A stretch of 62,052 nucleotides of DNA, filler included. It is 8 parts of 8 records of this genome, joined end to end, with 100 filler letters (N's around TTAATTAATTAA, not from the genome) between each part and the next. Parts side by side here need not be neighbours in the genome. Positions count along the whole stretch, not along the records: positions 33,646 to 39,630 come from SRR31156797_69123; positions 39,731 to 49,246 come from SRR31156797_69127; positions 49,347 to 55,339 come from SRR31156797_69153; 5 more parts are not named here. One strand, 5' to 3'. Position numbers and translations under genes: made by a program. Shown one piece after another: positions 38,822 to 49,481 of the stretch. Each line of letters starts with the position of its first letter. Position 1 is the first letter of the stretch. The notes beneath the pieces are model-generated. The model saw only the letters and a program-made list of their open reading frames with translations. It did not search any database and had not been told where the DNA came from.

Positions 38822-38858
38822 AAAAAAAGCCTCCGTCAATTGACGGGGGCTTTTTTAT
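38822..38858. terminator. Bidirectional-type terminator
   Basis: AAAAAAAGCCTCCGTCAA/TTGACGGGGGCTTTTTT. Confidence 0.85.
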
Positions 38859-39165
38859 TTCAAGAAACAATATCCAAACACCGATAACTAAGCCCTTGGT
38901 TAAAGAATATCTAACCATAGATACCTGATTATCAACAAATCAACTTTATTTATTAACGATTCATCAAAATTCGCATCGTAATTGTATTATTTTCAGTAAA
39001 AACACCCAAGATATTGTGGTTTGTGGATTGCAATGTATATATCAGCAACAAAAAATCGTCAAAATTGAGCTAATATTTACTTACATAATTCAAAAATATT
39101 CCATTTTTTTACTTGTTGGCTTGCAAATTATCATGTAATTTCAACTTTAACAGGAGAAAAACAAA

Positions 39166-39615
39166 ATGTTAGACCAAAAAGATAAGATCATTCTTAAGAT
39201 CTTGCAGGAGAATGCACGCACTTCTAATGCTGAGATCGCCCGTCATATGGGCATGACCGCATCCGCTATTTATGAACGAGTTAAAAAACTTGAAAAAGCG
39301 GGAATTGTAAAGAACTATGAAGCAAGGTTGGAGCCGGGCGTTTTGGGGCTTAATCTTTTAGCTATAGTTCTTATCTCACTTTACGATCTGACAAAGATGC
39401 GCGATACGGGCAAGATCCTGGCGGGGTTCGATAAGATCCAGGAAATTCATTATATTGCCGGTAAGGGTTCTATTATGGCTAAGGTACGCACATCGGGCAC
39501 TGAAGATCTTGAAAAATTATTGGATAGTATCAATTTGATCGATAACGTAAAAAACACGGAATCGACAATTGTATTAAAGACAGAAAAAGAAACATCAAGC
39601 TTATACGTAGAATAA
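39166..39615 (+). CDS. Lrp/AsnC-family regulator
   Basis: DKIILKILQENARTSNAEIAR, RVKKLEKAGIV, C-terminal RAM domain. Confidence 0.93.
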   Translation: MLDQKDKIILKILQENARTSNAEIARHMGMTASAIYERVKKLEKAGIVKNYEARLEPGVLGLNLLAIVLISLYDLTKMRDTGKILAGFDKIQEIHYIAGKGSIMAKVRTSGTEDLEKLLDSINLIDNVKNTESTIVLKTEKETSSLYVE

Positions 39616-39731
39616 AATAATTGTTGGAGGNNNNNNNNNNNNNNNNNNNNNNNNNNNNNNNNNNNNNNNNNNNNTTAATTAATTAANNNNNNNNNNNNNN
39701 NNNNNNNNNNNNNNNNNNNNNNNNNNNNNNC

Positions 39732-42086
39732 ATGGGGTGGGACGCATTCGGCATGCCGGCGGAAAACGCAGCCATCGAAAACAATACCCATCCGGCCCGA
39801 TGGACCTATGAAAATATCGACGCCATGAAAACCCAACTGAAACGGATGGGGTTCAGCTACGATTGGGATCGGGAACTGGCCACCTGCGATCCCGAGTATT
39901 ATCGATGGGAACAATCGGTTTTTATCGAAATGTATGAAAAGGGGCTTGCTTACCGTAAGAAAACCCATGTGAATTGGTGTGAAAAGTGCCAGACGGTTCT
40001 GGCCAACGAGCAGGTTGAAGACGGTTGCTGTTGGCGGCACCCCGAACTTGAAGTCAGCATCAAGGAGATGAACAGCTGGTTTCTCAAAATTACCGATTAT
40101 GCCGATGACATGCTCCGATACTGTGAAAAGCTTCCGGGCTGGCCTGATCGGGTCATGAGCATGCAGAAAAACTGGATCGGGAAAAGCCATGGCGCTGCCA
40201 TACGGTTCCCCATGGTGGGTGCGGAGGATGATATTGAAGTCTTCACCACCCGACAGGATACCCTCTACGGCGCTACATTCATGTGTCTGGCGCCCGAGCA
40301 CCCCATGGTGAGGGGGATTGTTCAGGGGTTGCCCCAGGAAGAAGCGGTCCTTGACTTTGTGGACCGTACCCTCAAAATGGACAGCATCACACGAACCGCC
40401 GATTTCACCGCCAAGGAAGGCGTTTTTACCGGAAGACACTGCCTGAATCCGGTAACCCGTGAGGAGATCCCCATATTCGTGGCCAATTTTGTCCTTTTTG
40501 ACTACGGCACCGGCGCCATCATGGCGGTTCCCACCCATGATCAGAGGGATTTCGAGTTCGCCAAAAAATATGATTTGAAGCTTCGGGTGGTCATAAAACC
40601 GGAAGATTCCGACCTGGACGAAACAACCATGACGGAAGCCTATGTGGATCGGGGGATCCTGGTAAACTCGGGTCCTTTTGATGGGCAGCGCAATCTGGAA
40701 GCCCTGGACAGTATCGCCGATTACCTTGAAAACAAAGGTATCGGTCATAAGACCGTGAATTACCGGATCAGGGACTGGGGTATTTCACGGCAACGTTACT
40801 GGGGAGCGCCGATCCCCATGATCCATTGTGAAGATTGCGGTATCGTTCCGGTGAAGAAAGAAGACCTGCCCGTGGTTCTGCCGCTGGATCTGGACATGCG
40901 GCCCAATGGGGGATCTCCTTTGCCGTTCGATCCGACATTTACCGAAACCGTCTGCCCCAAATGCAATGGTCGGGCCAGGCGTGAAACGGACACCATGGAC
41001 ACCTTTGTGGAGTCCTCATGGTATTTCGACCGGTACGCGTGTCCCGACCACAGGGAAGGTCCCCTGGATGCGGAACGGGTGGATTACTGGTTGCCCGTGG
41101 ACCAGTATATCGGCGGTATTGAACATGCCATTTTACACCTGTTATATTCCAGGTTTTACACGCGGGTCCTCAAGGATCTGGGACACATCAGGATTAAAGA
41201 ACCGTTCACCAATCTTTTGACCCAGGGCATGGTCTGCAAGGCCACCCAGCAGTGTCCTGAACACGGTTATCTATACCCGAAGGAAGTTGTTGAAGACCGG
41301 TGTTCCCGGTGCGGTGCGGAAGTGACTGTCGGGAACATTGTAAAAATGTCCAAATCCAAGAAAAACGTGGTGGATCCCCAGGAATTGATTGACCGTTACG
41401 GTGCAGATACGGTTCGAATGTTCTGCCTCTTTGCATCCCCGCCGGACAAGGATCTGGAATGGAGTGAAAAAGGCGTTGACGGTTCTTACAGATTCCTTCA
41501 AAGGGTATGGCGGCTTGTGGCCGATCACCTGGAAGATGTGAAAAAAGTAAAGGCCTATGATGGAAAGACCGATCTCACGGAGCCGCTGAAATCCGTCCAT
41601 CGTAAAACCCATGAAACCATCAAAAAGGTCACCAGCGACGTGGAAAACCGGTTCCATTTTAATACGGCCATATCAGCGGTGATGGAATTGGTCAATGAAA
41701 CCAACCAATTCTTGAATGGTGACGGGAAGAAGGATGCCCTTTGCTGGTCCGTGATCCGAGCGTCCATTGAAACCACTGTCATTTTACTCTCCCCGGTGGT
41801 GCCCCATATCACCGATGAACTCTGGCGGATGATGGGTCATGAAGGTTTTCTGTTGAATGTTGCGTGGCCGGACTACAGTGAAGATGCTCTCAAAACCGAG
41901 AAAAAACTGATTATTCTTCAGGTAAACGGCAAGGTGCGAAGCCGGATTGAAGTGCCCGCCTCAAGCAGTGAGAAGGAAATCGAAACCCTCGCCCTGGCGG
42001 ATGAAAAAGTTCAGCGCCATTTGAAGGGGAAGCCGGTCAGGCGCGTCATCGTGGTCCAGAAGAAACTGGTGAATGTGGTGGTTTGA
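39732..42086 (+). CDS. leuS: Leucyl-tRNA synthetase (5' truncated)
   Basis: [50 protein letters not shown]. Confidence 0.97.
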   Translation: MGWDAFGMPAENAAIENNTHPARWTYENIDAMKTQLKRMGFSYDWDRELATCDPEYYRWEQSVFIEMYEKGLAYRKKTHVNWCEKCQTVLANEQVEDGCCWRHPELEVSIKEMNSWFLKITDYADDMLRYCEKLPGWPDRVMSMQKNWIGKSHGAAIRFPMVGAEDDIEVFTTRQDTLYGATFMCLAPEHPMVRGIVQGLPQEEAVLDFVDRTLKMDSITRTADFTAKEGVFTGRHCLNPVTREEIPIFVANFVLFDYGTGAIMAVPTHDQRDFEFAKKYDLKLRVVIKPEDSDLDETTMTEAYVDRGILVNSGPFDGQRNLEALDSIADYLENKGIGHKTVNYRIRDWGISRQRYWGAPIPMIHCEDCGIVPVKKEDLPVVLPLDLDMRPNGGSPLPFDPTFTETVCPKCNGRARRETDTMDTFVESSWYFDRYACPDHREGPLDAERVDYWLPVDQYIGGIEHAILHLLYSRFYTRVLKDLGHIRIKEPFTNLLTQGMVCKATQQCPEHGYLYPKEVVEDRCSRCGAEVTVGNIVKMSKSKKNVVDPQELIDRYGADTVRMFCLFASPPDKDLEWSEKGVDGSYRFLQRVWRLVADHLEDVKKVKAYDGKTDLTEPLKSVHRKTHETIKKVTSDVENRFHFNTAISAVMELVNETNQFLNGDGKKDALCWSVIRASIETTVILLSPVVPHITDELWRMMGHEGFLLNVAWPDYSEDALKTEKKLIILQVNGKVRSRIEVPASSSEKEIETLALADEKVQRHLKGKPVRRVIVVQKKLVNVVV

Positions 42087-42133
42087 CAAGAGCAATGTCC
42101 ATTTGGACAAAAAAAAAGTTGGATTATCTTGGA

Positions 42134-42682
42134 ATGAAAATCATCTCCGGCACACTGAATACCTCTCGGGTTTTGACGATACTCCTCGGTCTGATCCTGC
42201 TCTCCGGTTGCGGTTATTCTCTGCAGGCGACCGGACAACCCATGCGCATCAGCATCCCCAGTATGGCCATTCCCCTCATGGAAAGTCCTTCTTCCGCCAT
42301 CGGTTTTGAAGGGGATTTTACCAAGATGATTCGCCGGGAATTTGTAAGCCATTCCCAGGTGCCGCTGGTCTCAAAGGGACAGGCTGCCGCGGTCTTGATC
42401 GGAAAAGTCACCGATATTAAGACCGAGCCGTTGAGCTACCGGGTAACGGATAATACCTTTGATGTAACGAGTTCACGCTGGCTGAAGATCAAGCTTCAGG
42501 CAAAACTCGTGGATACGAGGACCGGAAAAATCATATGGAATGATCCGAACATGGAAGAAAAGGCGTCTTTTTCCGTGGATTCGGATCCTCTGAAAACCCG
42601 GTACAATCAGAGGCGGGCCACCAAAAAAATAGCACAATTGCTGGCTGAAAGGATCTACCTGAAAACCATGGAAAGATTCTGA
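42134..42682 (+). CDS. lptE: LPS assembly lipoprotein LptE
   Basis: Lipobox LLSGC-GY; canonical leuS-lptE-holA synteny. Confidence 0.8.
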   Translation: MKIISGTLNTSRVLTILLGLILLSGCGYSLQATGQPMRISIPSMAIPLMESPSSAIGFEGDFTKMIRREFVSHSQVPLVSKGQAAAVLIGKVTDIKTEPLSYRVTDNTFDVTSSRWLKIKLQAKLVDTRTGKIIWNDPNMEEKASFSVDSDPLKTRYNQRRATKKIAQLLAERIYLKTMERF

Positions 42683-43680
42683 TGCCCGTTGAAACAGCGC
42701 CGGAAACGGTTTTGAACCATCTCCAAAGGGGCCGCCTGGGCCCGGTCTATCTTTTCCATGGTCCTGATGATTTTCACCTTGAAAAAGTCCTGAAACAAAT
42801 CCGTGAGACATTTATTCCTGAAACGGCCAGGGATTTTAACCTATCCATTTTTGACGGGGACAGCCGCATCAATCCGGGTGATATCCTTGATGCTGTTCGG
42901 TCCATGCCGTTTTTGTCTTCAAACCGTCTCATCATCGTCCGGCGAACGGACCACATTCCTGCTTCCGATCTGGAAGCCTTGATCCCCTATCTGGAAAAGC
43001 CGGTGGATACCACTTGCCTGATTCTGGTTGCACAGAAGCCTGATTTCAGGTTGAAGTTTTTCAAATGTATCAAAAAGCTGGGCCACGCCGTGAATTTCAG
43101 GGAGTTGACCGACCGTCAAGTGATACCCTGGATAAAGACCGAAGCCCGGGAGATGGGTTTAAATATCCAAACGGAAGCCTGCCGTCATCTTCAGGCGATT
43201 GTCGGTAACCGTTCGAGAACACTTCATACGGAACTTGAAAAGCTGTATCTTCGTCATGGCAGCAAAGAAATCGGGGTTTATGAAATAAAAGAGCTGAGTA
43301 TCTTCAGTCGTATGTATACAATTTTTGAACTGATGGATGAAATTTCTCAGCGTCGAAAGGCACAATCCCTGTCCATTCTGAACCGCTATCTGGAAGAAGA
43401 AGGGAAGGACGCGGCCTTTGGTATCATCGGCATGTTGACCCGGCAGATCCGCATTATTTTTCAGGCCAAGGTCTTTACATCCGAACGTGTCCCTAAACCG
43501 GAAATGGCGAAGAAATTGGGTGTGCCCGGATTTCTGGTGAGCAAAGTTCTGGATCAGGCGCGACGTTGGCGGGAAGACGACCTGGAAAAAGCGCTGGTGC
43601 TGCTTTACCAGGCAGACGGGCGCCTGAAATTGGGATCTCAGGCGCGCCTGGTGCTTGAAAATTTTGTGTTGTCCATTTAG
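42682..43680 (+). CDS. holA: DNA polymerase III delta subunit
   Basis: PVYLFHGPD, SMPFLSSNRLIIV, ELEKL, IFELMD, ADGRLKLG; synteny. Confidence 0.92.
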   Translation: MPVETAPETVLNHLQRGRLGPVYLFHGPDDFHLEKVLKQIRETFIPETARDFNLSIFDGDSRINPGDILDAVRSMPFLSSNRLIIVRRTDHIPASDLEALIPYLEKPVDTTCLILVAQKPDFRLKFFKCIKKLGHAVNFRELTDRQVIPWIKTEAREMGLNIQTEACRHLQAIVGNRSRTLHTELEKLYLRHGSKEIGVYEIKELSIFSRMYTIFELMDEISQRRKAQSLSILNRYLEEEGKDAAFGIIGMLTRQIRIIFQAKVFTSERVPKPEMAKKLGVPGFLVSKVLDQARRWREDDLEKALVLLYQADGRLKLGSQARLVLENFVLSI

Positions 43681-43952
43681 GATTCGTTTCCGGACAGCTT
43701 GTTGACCTGAAGTGTCAGTCTGGAGACTTTTCTCGCGGCTTGATTCTTGTGGATAACGCCCTTTGAGGCGGATTTCTGGATGATGGAAACGGCCTTATCA
43801 AGCGTCTCTCTGGCTTGGGTCGGGGTGTTTTCAGCAATGGCGGTTCTGACCTCTTTGACGGCCTTTTTCACCTTGGTTTTGTATCCTTTGTTTTGAATCC
43901 TCTGAATCTCGTTTTGTTTTGCCCTTTTGAGGGCAGATTTATGGTTCGCCAA
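43677..43952 (-). CDS. rpsT: 30S ribosomal protein S20
   Basis: MANHKSALKR, KGVIHKNQAARKVSRL; TTG start after AGGAGG. Confidence 0.97.
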   Translation of the reverse strand: MANHKSALKRAKQNEIQRIQNKGYKTKVKKAVKEVRTAIAENTPTQARETLDKAVSIIQKSASKGVIHKNQAARKVSRLTLQVNKLSGNES

Positions 43953-44083
43953 GCTGAGCCTCCTTGAAGTGGTGCAATATTTTTGATGTTCGTTTTTCTA
44001 CTCGCAACAAACTGTTTGAATTAAACAAGAAATGATAGCAATATTATTTATTATGTCAAGGTTTTTTTGCCCTTTTAAACACA

Positions 44084-45658
44084 TTGTATAAGCCTGAGAG
44101 AAAAAACATCAGCGGTGCTGCCGGCGTCATTGCCTTTTTTACGCTTTTGAGCCGAATCCTCGGGCTTGTCCGCGATATGGTGATGGCCGCATTGTTCGGT
44201 TCGGGCATGGCGGCGGATGCGTTTTTTGTGGCTCTCCGCATTCCGAATCTGCTGCGGCGTCTTTTTGCGGAAGGCTCCCTGACCATTGCGTTTATCCCCG
44301 TCTTTACGGAATATTTAACACTCAAAAGCAGAGAGGATGCCTTTGATCTGGCCCGGATTGTGTTCACAATCCTATCCCTGATTCTGGTGGTCGTCACGGT
44401 ATTGGGAGTCCTTTTGGCCCCCGTTATCGTAAAAATTCAGGCCTTCGGTTTCGGAAGTTCGGGCATTAAATATGAACTGACGGTTCTTCTTACCCGGTTG
44501 ACTTTCCCATACATTTTTTTTATCGGCATAGTGGCTTTTTTTATGGGGGTGCTCAATTCCCTTCGCCATTTTGCTGCACCTGCCGCTGCACCCATTTTAC
44601 TCAATGTGGGCATTATCGGTGCAGCCTGTTTCATTTCTCCCCACTGCGCCGAACCCATTGCGGGGGTCGCCATGGGGGTTATTTTGGGGGGTGTTTTGCA
44701 GGTGGCGCTACAAATTCCTATGGTGTACGGCACGGGGTTGAGGCTTTTTCCGAAATGGCAGCCGTTCCATCCGGCGGTCAAGCGCATCGGGTACCTGATG
44801 CTGCCCGCTGTGTTCGGTTCGGCGGTATATCAATTGAACCAGTTTGTGGGAACCCTGCTGGCGTCGTTTTTGCGAGAGGGGAGCGTTTCATGGCTTTATT
44901 ATGCAGACCGGCTGGTTCAGTTTCCCTTGGGCATTTTTGCCATTGCCATTGCCACGGCCGCCCTGCCGTCCCTCTCCGCCGATGCCGCCCGGAAGGACCT
45001 TGGGCAGTTTCAGAAAACGCTGGATCACGGCCTGTGTCTTGTCTTTTTCATTGTGTTGCCGGCAATGGCAGGTCTTGTCATACTGGGAAAACCCATTGTT
45101 GAGCTGTTGTTTGAAAGGGGCGCCTTTAGCGCTGAAGCTTCCCAAATGACAACGGATGCCCTTATCTGTTACGCCGTTGGCCTCTGGGCCTTTTCCGGCA
45201 TGCGGGTGCTCATAGCCGCATTCTATGCCCTTCAGGATACGAAAACACCGGTGAAGGTTGCCATCATTTCTCTGGGTGTCAATGTGATTGCGAGCTTTGT
45301 GTTGATGGGTCCCATGCAACATGCGGGGCTTGCCCTGGCATTAACCGTTGCATCCGCGGTTCAATTCGGGCTACTGACTTTTTTTCTTTGGAAAAAAGGT
45401 CTGTTTATCCATGCGGCACCGATCTTGAAATCCATTTCAAAATCTATGGCCGCCACCCTGGTAATGGGTTTAATTGTTTTCAGTTGCCGCACCCAATGGT
45501 TTTACAAAACCGCCACCCATACCCTTTCAGAAAAAATATTGATTCTTTCAGCCCTTGTTTTTACGGGAATTGTTGTGTATTTTCTCGTAGCCCGCGTGCT
45601 GAGGTGCCGGGAGATAAGCGCCGTTTCGGCTATGTTAGGCGTTAACCGCACCCGATAA
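44084..45658 (+). CDS. murJ: Lipid II flippase MurJ
   Basis: SRILGLVRD, RIPNLLRRLFAEG, YYADRLVQFPLG, FYALQDTKTP. Confidence 0.95.
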   Translation: MYKPERKNISGAAGVIAFFTLLSRILGLVRDMVMAALFGSGMAADAFFVALRIPNLLRRLFAEGSLTIAFIPVFTEYLTLKSREDAFDLARIVFTILSLILVVVTVLGVLLAPVIVKIQAFGFGSSGIKYELTVLLTRLTFPYIFFIGIVAFFMGVLNSLRHFAAPAAAPILLNVGIIGAACFISPHCAEPIAGVAMGVILGGVLQVALQIPMVYGTGLRLFPKWQPFHPAVKRIGYLMLPAVFGSAVYQLNQFVGTLLASFLREGSVSWLYYADRLVQFPLGIFAIAIATAALPSLSADAARKDLGQFQKTLDHGLCLVFFIVLPAMAGLVILGKPIVELLFERGAFSAEASQMTTDALICYAVGLWAFSGMRVLIAAFYALQDTKTPVKVAIISLGVNVIASFVLMGPMQHAGLALALTVASAVQFGLLTFFLWKKGLFIHAAPILKSISKSMAATLVMGLIVFSCRTQWFYKTATHTLSEKILILSALVFTGIVVYFLVARVLRCREISAVSAMLGVNRTR

Positions 45659-45672
45659 TACAGGTATTTCAT

Positions 45673-46671
45673 ATGGATATATTTAAAATCGCCCATATCT
45701 TTCCCCAACAGGTCAATCTGAATCAAATCGACGATTCTCCGGGACCCTGTTGTATGAGCCATGGGTTTGACACGACACCCCTAATGGAATCCATCAGCAG
45801 AATCGGTCTGATCAATTCGCCGATTCTGGTCCAAAAAGGGGAGGGGGGAGACCCGGTTGAATTTGCGGTGGTTGCCGGCTTTCGAAGGATCGCAGCCTTG
45901 AAAGGGTTGCAGGTGGAACGGTTTCCATGCCGCATATTGCCGGCTGAAGCGTCATCCCTTGAATGCCTGCTCATCAACCTTTACGATAACCTGACGGTCA
46001 GGGAATTCAACCCCGTGGAGACGGGCATGGCTTTGGCGCGTCTTACGGAACTGCTTCCCGGAGAAGAAGTGGTTAAATCCTTCATGCCCCTGTTTAATCT
46101 CCCTTCACACCCGGATACCCTGCATCTTTTTGTGCGGATTGAAAAAGATCTTGAGAACCGGGCCAAAGACCTGCTTGCGGGGGGAGGGCTGTCAATGCAG
46201 GCGGCAAAGTTGCTGCTGGAAATGGATTCAGCTGCTCGAGAGAGATTCTGCCGCTATTTTTCCATTGTCAAGTTCAGCAGGAACCAGCAAGCTCAATTTA
46301 TCGATTTCGTCAATGATTTATCGCATATTGAGAACAATCCCATGGAAGGATTACTGGACGACCACCAGTTGACGGAAATTCGCGATAATGAGCAGATGAA
46401 CAACCCACAAAAAGCGAGAGCGCTCATCAAGCTTCTGCGCACCCGGCGGGTGCCCCGTCTGGTGAAGGCTGAAATGGGCTTCAGGCGTATGGTGGAAAAA
46501 CTGGAACTTCCCGCGGGTTACCACATGGCACCGCCGCCTTTTTTCGAAGGCCCGCATTACAGACTCGAAATTTTATTTAAAGACGGAAAAGACCTGTTGG
46601 AAAAGCTCTTGATTCTGGTAAAAAAAGAAGGGCTTTTAAATCTTGAGGATCCCTGGAACAAGGGCATATGA
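45673..46671 (+). CDS. ParB/Srx N-terminal domain protein
   Basis: LMESISRIGLINSPIL, VVAGFRRIAAL, DNL..REFNPVE. Confidence 0.75.
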   Translation: MDIFKIAHIFPQQVNLNQIDDSPGPCCMSHGFDTTPLMESISRIGLINSPILVQKGEGGDPVEFAVVAGFRRIAALKGLQVERFPCRILPAEASSLECLLINLYDNLTVREFNPVETGMALARLTELLPGEEVVKSFMPLFNLPSHPDTLHLFVRIEKDLENRAKDLLAGGGLSMQAAKLLLEMDSAARERFCRYFSIVKFSRNQQAQFIDFVNDLSHIENNPMEGLLDDHQLTEIRDNEQMNNPQKARALIKLLRTRRVPRLVKAEMGFRRMVEKLELPAGYHMAPPPFFEGPHYRLEILFKDGKDLLEKLLILVKKEGLLNLEDPWNKGI

Positions 46672-47741
46672 TGGCGAATTTTCATATCAAAAAGGCCATT
46701 GTAGAGATCGGCTCCAACATAAGCCCCATGGGCAGAAGAATCATGGGACGGGTTTCCCATGAATCCTTTGAAAAACCCGTGGACCGGGGCAATATGGGAA
46801 AGGATACGCTGCACCTGCTTTCCTATAAAGGTGATTTCCTCAAGCCCTGCCCGGGGACGAAGGAATATATCTGTTGTGGATATCAAATCCTCAATGTTGC
46901 GACCAATTGCCCCCTCGACTGTAGTTACTGTATTCTTCAATCGTATTTTCTGCACCAGCCCCATTTGAGAATTCACGTTAACCTGGAAGAAAACCTGGTG
47001 CCGATTCTGGCGATCATCGACCGGGATCCGGATCAGATCTTCCGCGTGGGAACCGGAGAATTTGCGGACAGTCTTGCCCTGGATCCACTGGCCCGCTGGA
47101 CCGACATATTAATGCGCCCTTTCTCTGAAAGAAATAACGCTGTTTTGGAATTCAAAACCAAAACCATCCAAATAGACGGTTTGCTCTCCTCCCCATACAG
47201 AAATCGCATCATTGTGTCCTGGTCCCTCAACAGCCCGCTCATTTCAGCTACGGAAGAAAAAGGGGCCGCAACACTTAAGCAAAGGCTTGAAGCGGCCCGG
47301 AGATGTCAGGAGGAGGGATTTGTGGTGAGTTTTCACTTTGATCCGCTCATACCCCATAAAGGATGGCGGGAAGGATACCTGAAAACCATCGACCTCATGG
47401 ACCGGTATCTGAAACCAAAAGGGATTATCTGGATCAGCATGGGATCTTTGCGGTTCATGCCGGATCTGAAACCCATCATCAGAAAACGACATCCCGGGAC
47501 CTCAATCCTGAATGGAGAATTTATCACGGGCCTGGACGGCAAGATCCGCTATTTTAAACCGATCCGCATTGATCTCTATGGGTTTATGCGGCAAAATCTG
47601 GAGAAATGGCATTCCGATTTGGGTCTCTATCTCTGTATGGAATCGGATGAAGTGTGGCGGAAAAGCATGGGTTGGTCTCCTCTAGATTCAAAGGGCCTGA
47701 AAGGTTTTCTCGATGGGCGGGTCGTCAAGATTTTTAGGTAG
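46668..47741 (+). CDS. Spore photoproduct lyase-like radical SAM protein
   Basis: CPLDCSYC, GTGEFADSLALD, LEFKTK, SWSLN, HFDP, YLCME. Confidence 0.85.
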   Translation: MMANFHIKKAIVEIGSNISPMGRRIMGRVSHESFEKPVDRGNMGKDTLHLLSYKGDFLKPCPGTKEYICCGYQILNVATNCPLDCSYCILQSYFLHQPHLRIHVNLEENLVPILAIIDRDPDQIFRVGTGEFADSLALDPLARWTDILMRPFSERNNAVLEFKTKTIQIDGLLSSPYRNRIIVSWSLNSPLISATEEKGAATLKQRLEAARRCQEEGFVVSFHFDPLIPHKGWREGYLKTIDLMDRYLKPKGIIWISMGSLRFMPDLKPIIRKRHPGTSILNGEFITGLDGKIRYFKPIRIDLYGFMRQNLEKWHSDLGLYLCMESDEVWRKSMGWSPLDSKGLKGFLDGRVVKIFR

Positions 47742-47820
47742 TAATCTACCCGAGTATATGCTAAAAGACAGCGGTTAAGGAGAGACTGGCTGAAAAGAAG
47801 GAAAAACGGGGTATAAAAGT

Positions 47821-48048
47821 ATGGCATTAAAGGAAAAAGTAGAGGATGCACTACGAAAAGTCAGGCCTTCCCTCCAAGCGGATGGAGGGGATGTGCAACT
47901 GGTGGATGTGGATGCAAAAGGGGTGGTAAAGGTTAAATTGATGGGTGCCTGCGCGGGTTGCCCCATGAGTCAAATGACCCTCAAAATGGGCATTGAAAAG
48001 GTCCTGAAGCAAAACATCCCCGAAGTGACTTCGGTTGAGTCCGCGTAA
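47821..48048 (+). CDS. NifU/NfuA C-terminal domain protein
   Basis: [18 protein letters not shown]. Confidence 0.93.
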   Translation: MALKEKVEDALRKVRPSLQADGGDVQLVDVDAKGVVKVKLMGACAGCPMSQMTLKMGIEKVLKQNIPEVTSVESA

Positions 48049-48093
48049 TAAAATATGGACAGTAAAGAATTACCAATTTAACAAGGAGATACC

Positions 48094-48954
48094 ATGGAGA
48101 TCAAAAAAATTGGCGTGATCGGAGCCGGCGCCATGGGTAACGGCATTGCACAGATGGCAGCTCAAATCGGTTGCGAGGTTGTTCTAAGAGATATCAAAGA
48201 GGAGTATGTGGAGCGGGGGATGAAAAACATCGACCGCTTTCTTTCAAAAGGTGTTGAAAAAGGTAAGCTGGAAGCGGCACAGAAAGATGCCATTCTGGGC
48301 AGAATTAAGGGCACCACGGAGATGACCGACCTGAAAGACGTTGATTTCGTCATTGAGGCCGTCATTGAAAACCTGGATCTGAAAAAGAGTGTGTTCAAGG
48401 AACTGGATGAACTCTGTGCACCCCATGTTATCCTGGCTTCCAACACATCATCCATGTCGCTGACTGAAATAGCAGCGGCCACCAAAAGACCCGAGAAGGT
48501 CTGCGGCATGCATTTTTTCAATCCCGTTCCCATTATGAAGCTGGTGGAAATCATCCGGGGCTATTCAACCGACGATGAAACCATCGACATTACCACCGAG
48601 CTGGCCAAGAAAATGGGCAAGATCACCATTGAAGTAAAGAAGGATTCTCCCGGATTCGTGGTGAACCGGATCATGATTCCCCATATGCTGGAAGCCATCA
48701 AGATCGTGGAGGAAGGCATTGCCAGTATAGAGGATGTGGATATCGCCGTGAAGGGCGGGCTCAATTATCCCATGGGTCCTTTTGAGCTGATGGACCTCAC
48801 AGGGATTGATATCTGTTATTTTGTCAGCGAATATTTCTATAAGGAACTCAACAAGGAATCCAAATGGGTTTCGCCGAACCTCCTCAAGACCATGATCCGC
48901 GCCAATAAACTGGGCCGGAAAACAGGCGGCGGATGGTATGATTACGGAAAATAG
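48094..48954 (+). CDS. hbd: 3-hydroxybutyryl/3-hydroxyacyl-CoA dehydrogenase
   Basis: GAGAMGNG, ASNTSS, GMHFFNP, PGFVVNR, YPMGP, LGRKTG. Confidence 0.9.
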   Translation: MEIKKIGVIGAGAMGNGIAQMAAQIGCEVVLRDIKEEYVERGMKNIDRFLSKGVEKGKLEAAQKDAILGRIKGTTEMTDLKDVDFVIEAVIENLDLKKSVFKELDELCAPHVILASNTSSMSLTEIAAATKRPEKVCGMHFFNPVPIMKLVEIIRGYSTDDETIDITTELAKKMGKITIEVKKDSPGFVVNRIMIPHMLEAIKIVEEGIASIEDVDIAVKGGLNYPMGPFELMDLTGIDICYFVSEYFYKELNKESKWVSPNLLKTMIRANKLGRKTGGGWYDYGK

Positions 48955-49007
48955 AGTGTATTGTCCAAGCGGCCTTTTCGCGCCGCTTGGGCGGAATGCT
49001 TTAATGG

Positions 49008-49042
49008 AAAAAGGGCAGTCCTTTTGGAACTGCCCTTTTTTT
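49008..49042. terminator. Bidirectional terminator between convergent hbd and bS22
   Basis: AAAAAGGGCAGT-CCTTTTGGA-ACTGCCCTTTTTTT. Confidence 0.85.
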
Positions 49043-49062
49043 GGGTGGGGGTAAGGGAACTG

Positions 49063-49152
49063 CTACTTGTTTTTATGCCGCATCTTTTTTCGAAGTTTTC
49101 GGTATTTGTGCTTGGTGATTTTTTTTCTTCGCTTCTTAACAACGCTACCCAT
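49063..49152 (-). CDS. bS22 / AURKAIP1-COX24-like basic ribosomal microprotein (29 aa)
   Basis: MGSVVKKRRKKITKHKYRKLRKKMRHKNK*; RBS GGAGG; below the ORF-track cutoff. Confidence 0.85.
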   Translation of the reverse strand: MGSVVKKRRKKITKHKYRKLRKKMRHKNK

Positions 49153-49481
49153 TCGATCCTTCCTCCCTGTAGTGATTTGATCTTTCTACTAAATTTTATC
49201 CCAAGTTGTCAACCGCTATTCAGTACTGACGCACGAATAAAAAACCNNNNNNNNNNNNNNNNNNNNNNNNNNNNNNNNNNNNNNNNNNNNTTAATTAATT
49301 AANNNNNNNNNNNNNNNNNNNNNNNNNNNNNNNNNNNNNNNNNNNNGGATGTCACCTAATTTTTTCATATCGCACGTCCCGCAGAAAAATGATTGGAATT
49401 TAATACAACCATATCATGGATTTATTTAAGCAGCAATATCAAGCTTTTGACCCCAGAAATCCTTTTTTTCAGTGTGCCGGT

